In this document: positions 61,911 through 64,000 of the stretch, piece by piece
Layout: each line of letters begins with the position of its first letter
How positions within the stretch are numbered: position 1 is the stretch's first letter
Assembly: GCA_051546255.1 (NCBI GenBank)
Contig: CP128820.1
Location: 1-64,000 of the forward strand
DNA length: 64,000 nt
Direction of reading: 5' to 3'
From: Meyerozyma guilliermondii
Taxonomy: Eukaryota
Position numbers and translations under genes: made by a program
Notes under the pieces: generated by a model
What the model was told of the DNA's origin: nothing
Database searches by the model: none
The model's input: the letters and a program-made list of their open reading frames with translations, nothing else

Positions 61911-62905
61911 TGTCAGTTTGTTCTTCTTCTATGTCTGAAGAGAGCTCAACTATGAAGTTAGTTGGAGGTCTTTGCCGGGAGTCAATTGAGGATTCTCCAC
62001 CTGCAAAAGTGTTTTATATATCAAAACACCTTTCACAGCCATGGAACTAATTGCATCTTCAACTGACACAACCTCGTGCTGCTCCAGTCCCAAAACGTAA
62101 CACATTAAGCCAAATGAAACATTATTTGGGGACCCTGTGCAGCATCAAGGGGGAATTTTAACACAATTAATGCACTTTATCGCCAGTGATGATGTATCCT
62201 AACCATGAAGGAGAAGTTTCCAAAGGTTCTTTTTACCTCGTCGTGTAGCATGATAGCAATAGTGCATCCGAAACTCACTAGTAAAGATAGTGATTTTGCA
62301 GCCGTTAAGCCGTTTCAGAATCCTGCACGGGTCGACCTTGCAGCATGCATGGACGGGCGCTCAAAATTTATCCTAGTTTCACCACAAGGGGCGCCGCACC
62401 CACATGCATACTTCGATGCCTGTTAGCCGTTTAATGATTCCCGAAATGCTCCAAGATATTCATCTACCAAATATCAAACTTTGAAAATTGGATACAAAGA
62501 TAGAGTATACCATTTGGGCAACTGATTGGCTGCGACTTATCACCCAAGATAAGCCCAAATAGCAGCCTCATTCAGAGCAAGCCACGACTAATTTAGACGA
62601 ATCATGCAGCTCAGCTCGAAACGAAAATTCTGCCCCTTAACGTTTGGCAACGGTGTGCAGAACATTGGCTGCAACAACGCGCACATGGCATTGATTATCT
62701 CTATAGCCCAAACCGGTCAAATTGACGGGTTCGAGAACCAGAAAATGTTTGCAATTAAGGTTTAGCAAATAGTAAGTTCAACCGAACAGTCCGTAGTTGT
62801 CCGGATTTCATATTTAGACCGTACTTCATGAGGTCTAGTTTCAGGCTCTTCACATGATAGTGCGGCAATCGCAAATTTCACATCGACAAATTTCAAGGAA
62901 TTGCT

Positions 62906-63835
62906 CTATGGATCTCCGATACGCCAAACTTCCAAGCCTATAATTTCGAATCGCGACTCCTTGGCATTTGGTCTTGAGCCACTGGCGTGGCTGGACCCAC
63001 ATAGAACCTCGTTACCGAAGGTTTCGCAATAAGCTGAAACACCGCTGCAGAGCAGTTTGTCGATCCATATGCCGTTGTGGCCATCGGACGACCCGATAGC
63101 AATGAATTGGCTATTGGAGTAAATAATATTATCGTTAATACCAGTGTAGACGAATGCCTTAAACCGCATGCTACCGTCTCCAGTACGTTCACATTTCCAT
63201 AAAAAGCACTCCCCATTACCGTAGTACCGTTTGTGTTCCATCAATCGCAAATTCTCGTTGAGATAGCTCCCGAAGATTGCTCCCGTAGAGTCCTGAATCA
63301 CCAAAACGTACCCTACTGGCCGTCTGATTTCATTGTGGTACTCATGGCTCCCCACCATGGAATTCACCACCAGACTGGCGTATCCTGCGTCTACGGTTTT
63401 CCGTTGACGTTTCACTTGTGCCACTTGCTGATCTCTATCATTGTTCCGGTAGAGCGAGCGAAGTGAAATTCCGTCCTGTTCCATCGAGTATACCAAATTC
63501 CATTCCGACGCCAATTGGAGACGTCGAGGCACAAGATTGCGGATATTATGTGCCAATTCGCCTCCTAGAAGCCGTCTGCGTGTGGTTTCTTTGTAACCGA
63601 CAAGTTTCAAGTCGGAAAGTGGCGGCAACTCATCTTCTCTTTCTGGAGCTTGTGGGTTGCTATTTTCTTGTTCTTTGCTTTCGCTTCCTCTTCTCATTAA
63701 GCGATCCAAGAGCGATGGTCTCTTTTCTATCTGTTTCCGGGGCAAAGAACTAGAAGTTTCTATGTCCACTACTTCTTCTTTTTCGTTGTAAACACGTTGA
63801 TCTTCAGGGTTGCTTGTCAATTTCTCTTCACTCAT
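62906..63835 (-). CDS. OXR1: Oxidation resistance protein, TLDc domain
   Basis: WNLVYSMEQDGISLRSLY, IFGSYL, YYGNGECFLWK, CETFGNEVL and FEIIGLEVWRIG. Confidence 0.92.
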   Translation of the reverse strand: MSEEKLTSNPEDQRVYNEKEEVVDIETSSSLPRKQIEKRPSLLDRLMRRGSESKEQENSNPQAPEREDELPPLSDLKLVGYKETTRRRLLGGELAHNIRNLVPRRLQLASEWNLVYSMEQDGISLRSLYRNNDRDQQVAQVKRQRKTVDAGYASLVVNSMVGSHEYHNEIRRPVGYVLVIQDSTGAIFGSYLNENLRLMEHKRYYGNGECFLWKCERTGDGSMRFKAFVYTGINDNIIYSNSQFIAIGSSDGHNGIWIDKLLCSGVSAYCETFGNEVLCGSSHASGSRPNAKESRFEIIGLEVWRIGDP

Positions 63836-64000
63836 ATTTGATCTGGATGTGAAAAAGTGTATTCTTGTTTCTTAGAGAAATGCTCTTTATGCTGGAAACG
63901 TTTCGATTGGTCAAAAACACTTCAGTATAATATTTAGTGTAGTAGGAGGGGTAGGGTATCTGTGACCTTTTAGAGTGAGGTACTGCAGACGGGCAGATGC

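Overview
This window is the left end of a budding-yeast chromosome from the CTG(Ser) clade. The perfect 8-bp telomere repeat (ACTGGTGT on the G-strand) points to the Meyerozyma (Candida) guilliermondii complex. It has four zones. (1) Telomere (2-376), followed almost at once by a CYP52 P450 and an SRPBCC gene. (2) An unstable ~8 kb block (3852-11904) bracketed by ~140-bp direct repeats. It holds five diverged copies of an orphan small 3-TM protein gene (one frameshifted), a heavily decayed GH127 glycosidase pseudogene missed by the ORF track, and a sugar permease broken by one TAG. (3) A compact seven-gene, apparently co-regulated nitrogen-scavenging cluster (11912-23252): DAL5-type importer, DHA1 exporter, peroxisomal sarcosine/fructosylamine-oxidase-like flavoenzyme, ketopantoate-reductase-like enzyme, ARO8-type aminotransferase, Asp/Glu/hydantoin-racemase-like enzyme and a Ppr1-like Zn2Cys6 regulator. 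Its promoters share a CGA-N6-CCG motif and GATAAG sites. A methyltransferase and a sulfatase follow. (4) From ~27 kb, dense conserved core genes (ACF2, SRP1, ECM14, DTD1, PGA1, IGO1, ATG10, NUZM, NSG, WSS1, THI6, POP5, TFC4, KRE5, MET13, OXR1) plus two repeat-rich GPI proteins. The best candidates for undescribed systems are the seven-gene cluster (substrate unknown) and the hypervariable 3-TM family. All protein calls come from motif recognition by eye; no database searches were run. Starts were moved to the likely ATG where the ORF track used TTG or GTG.
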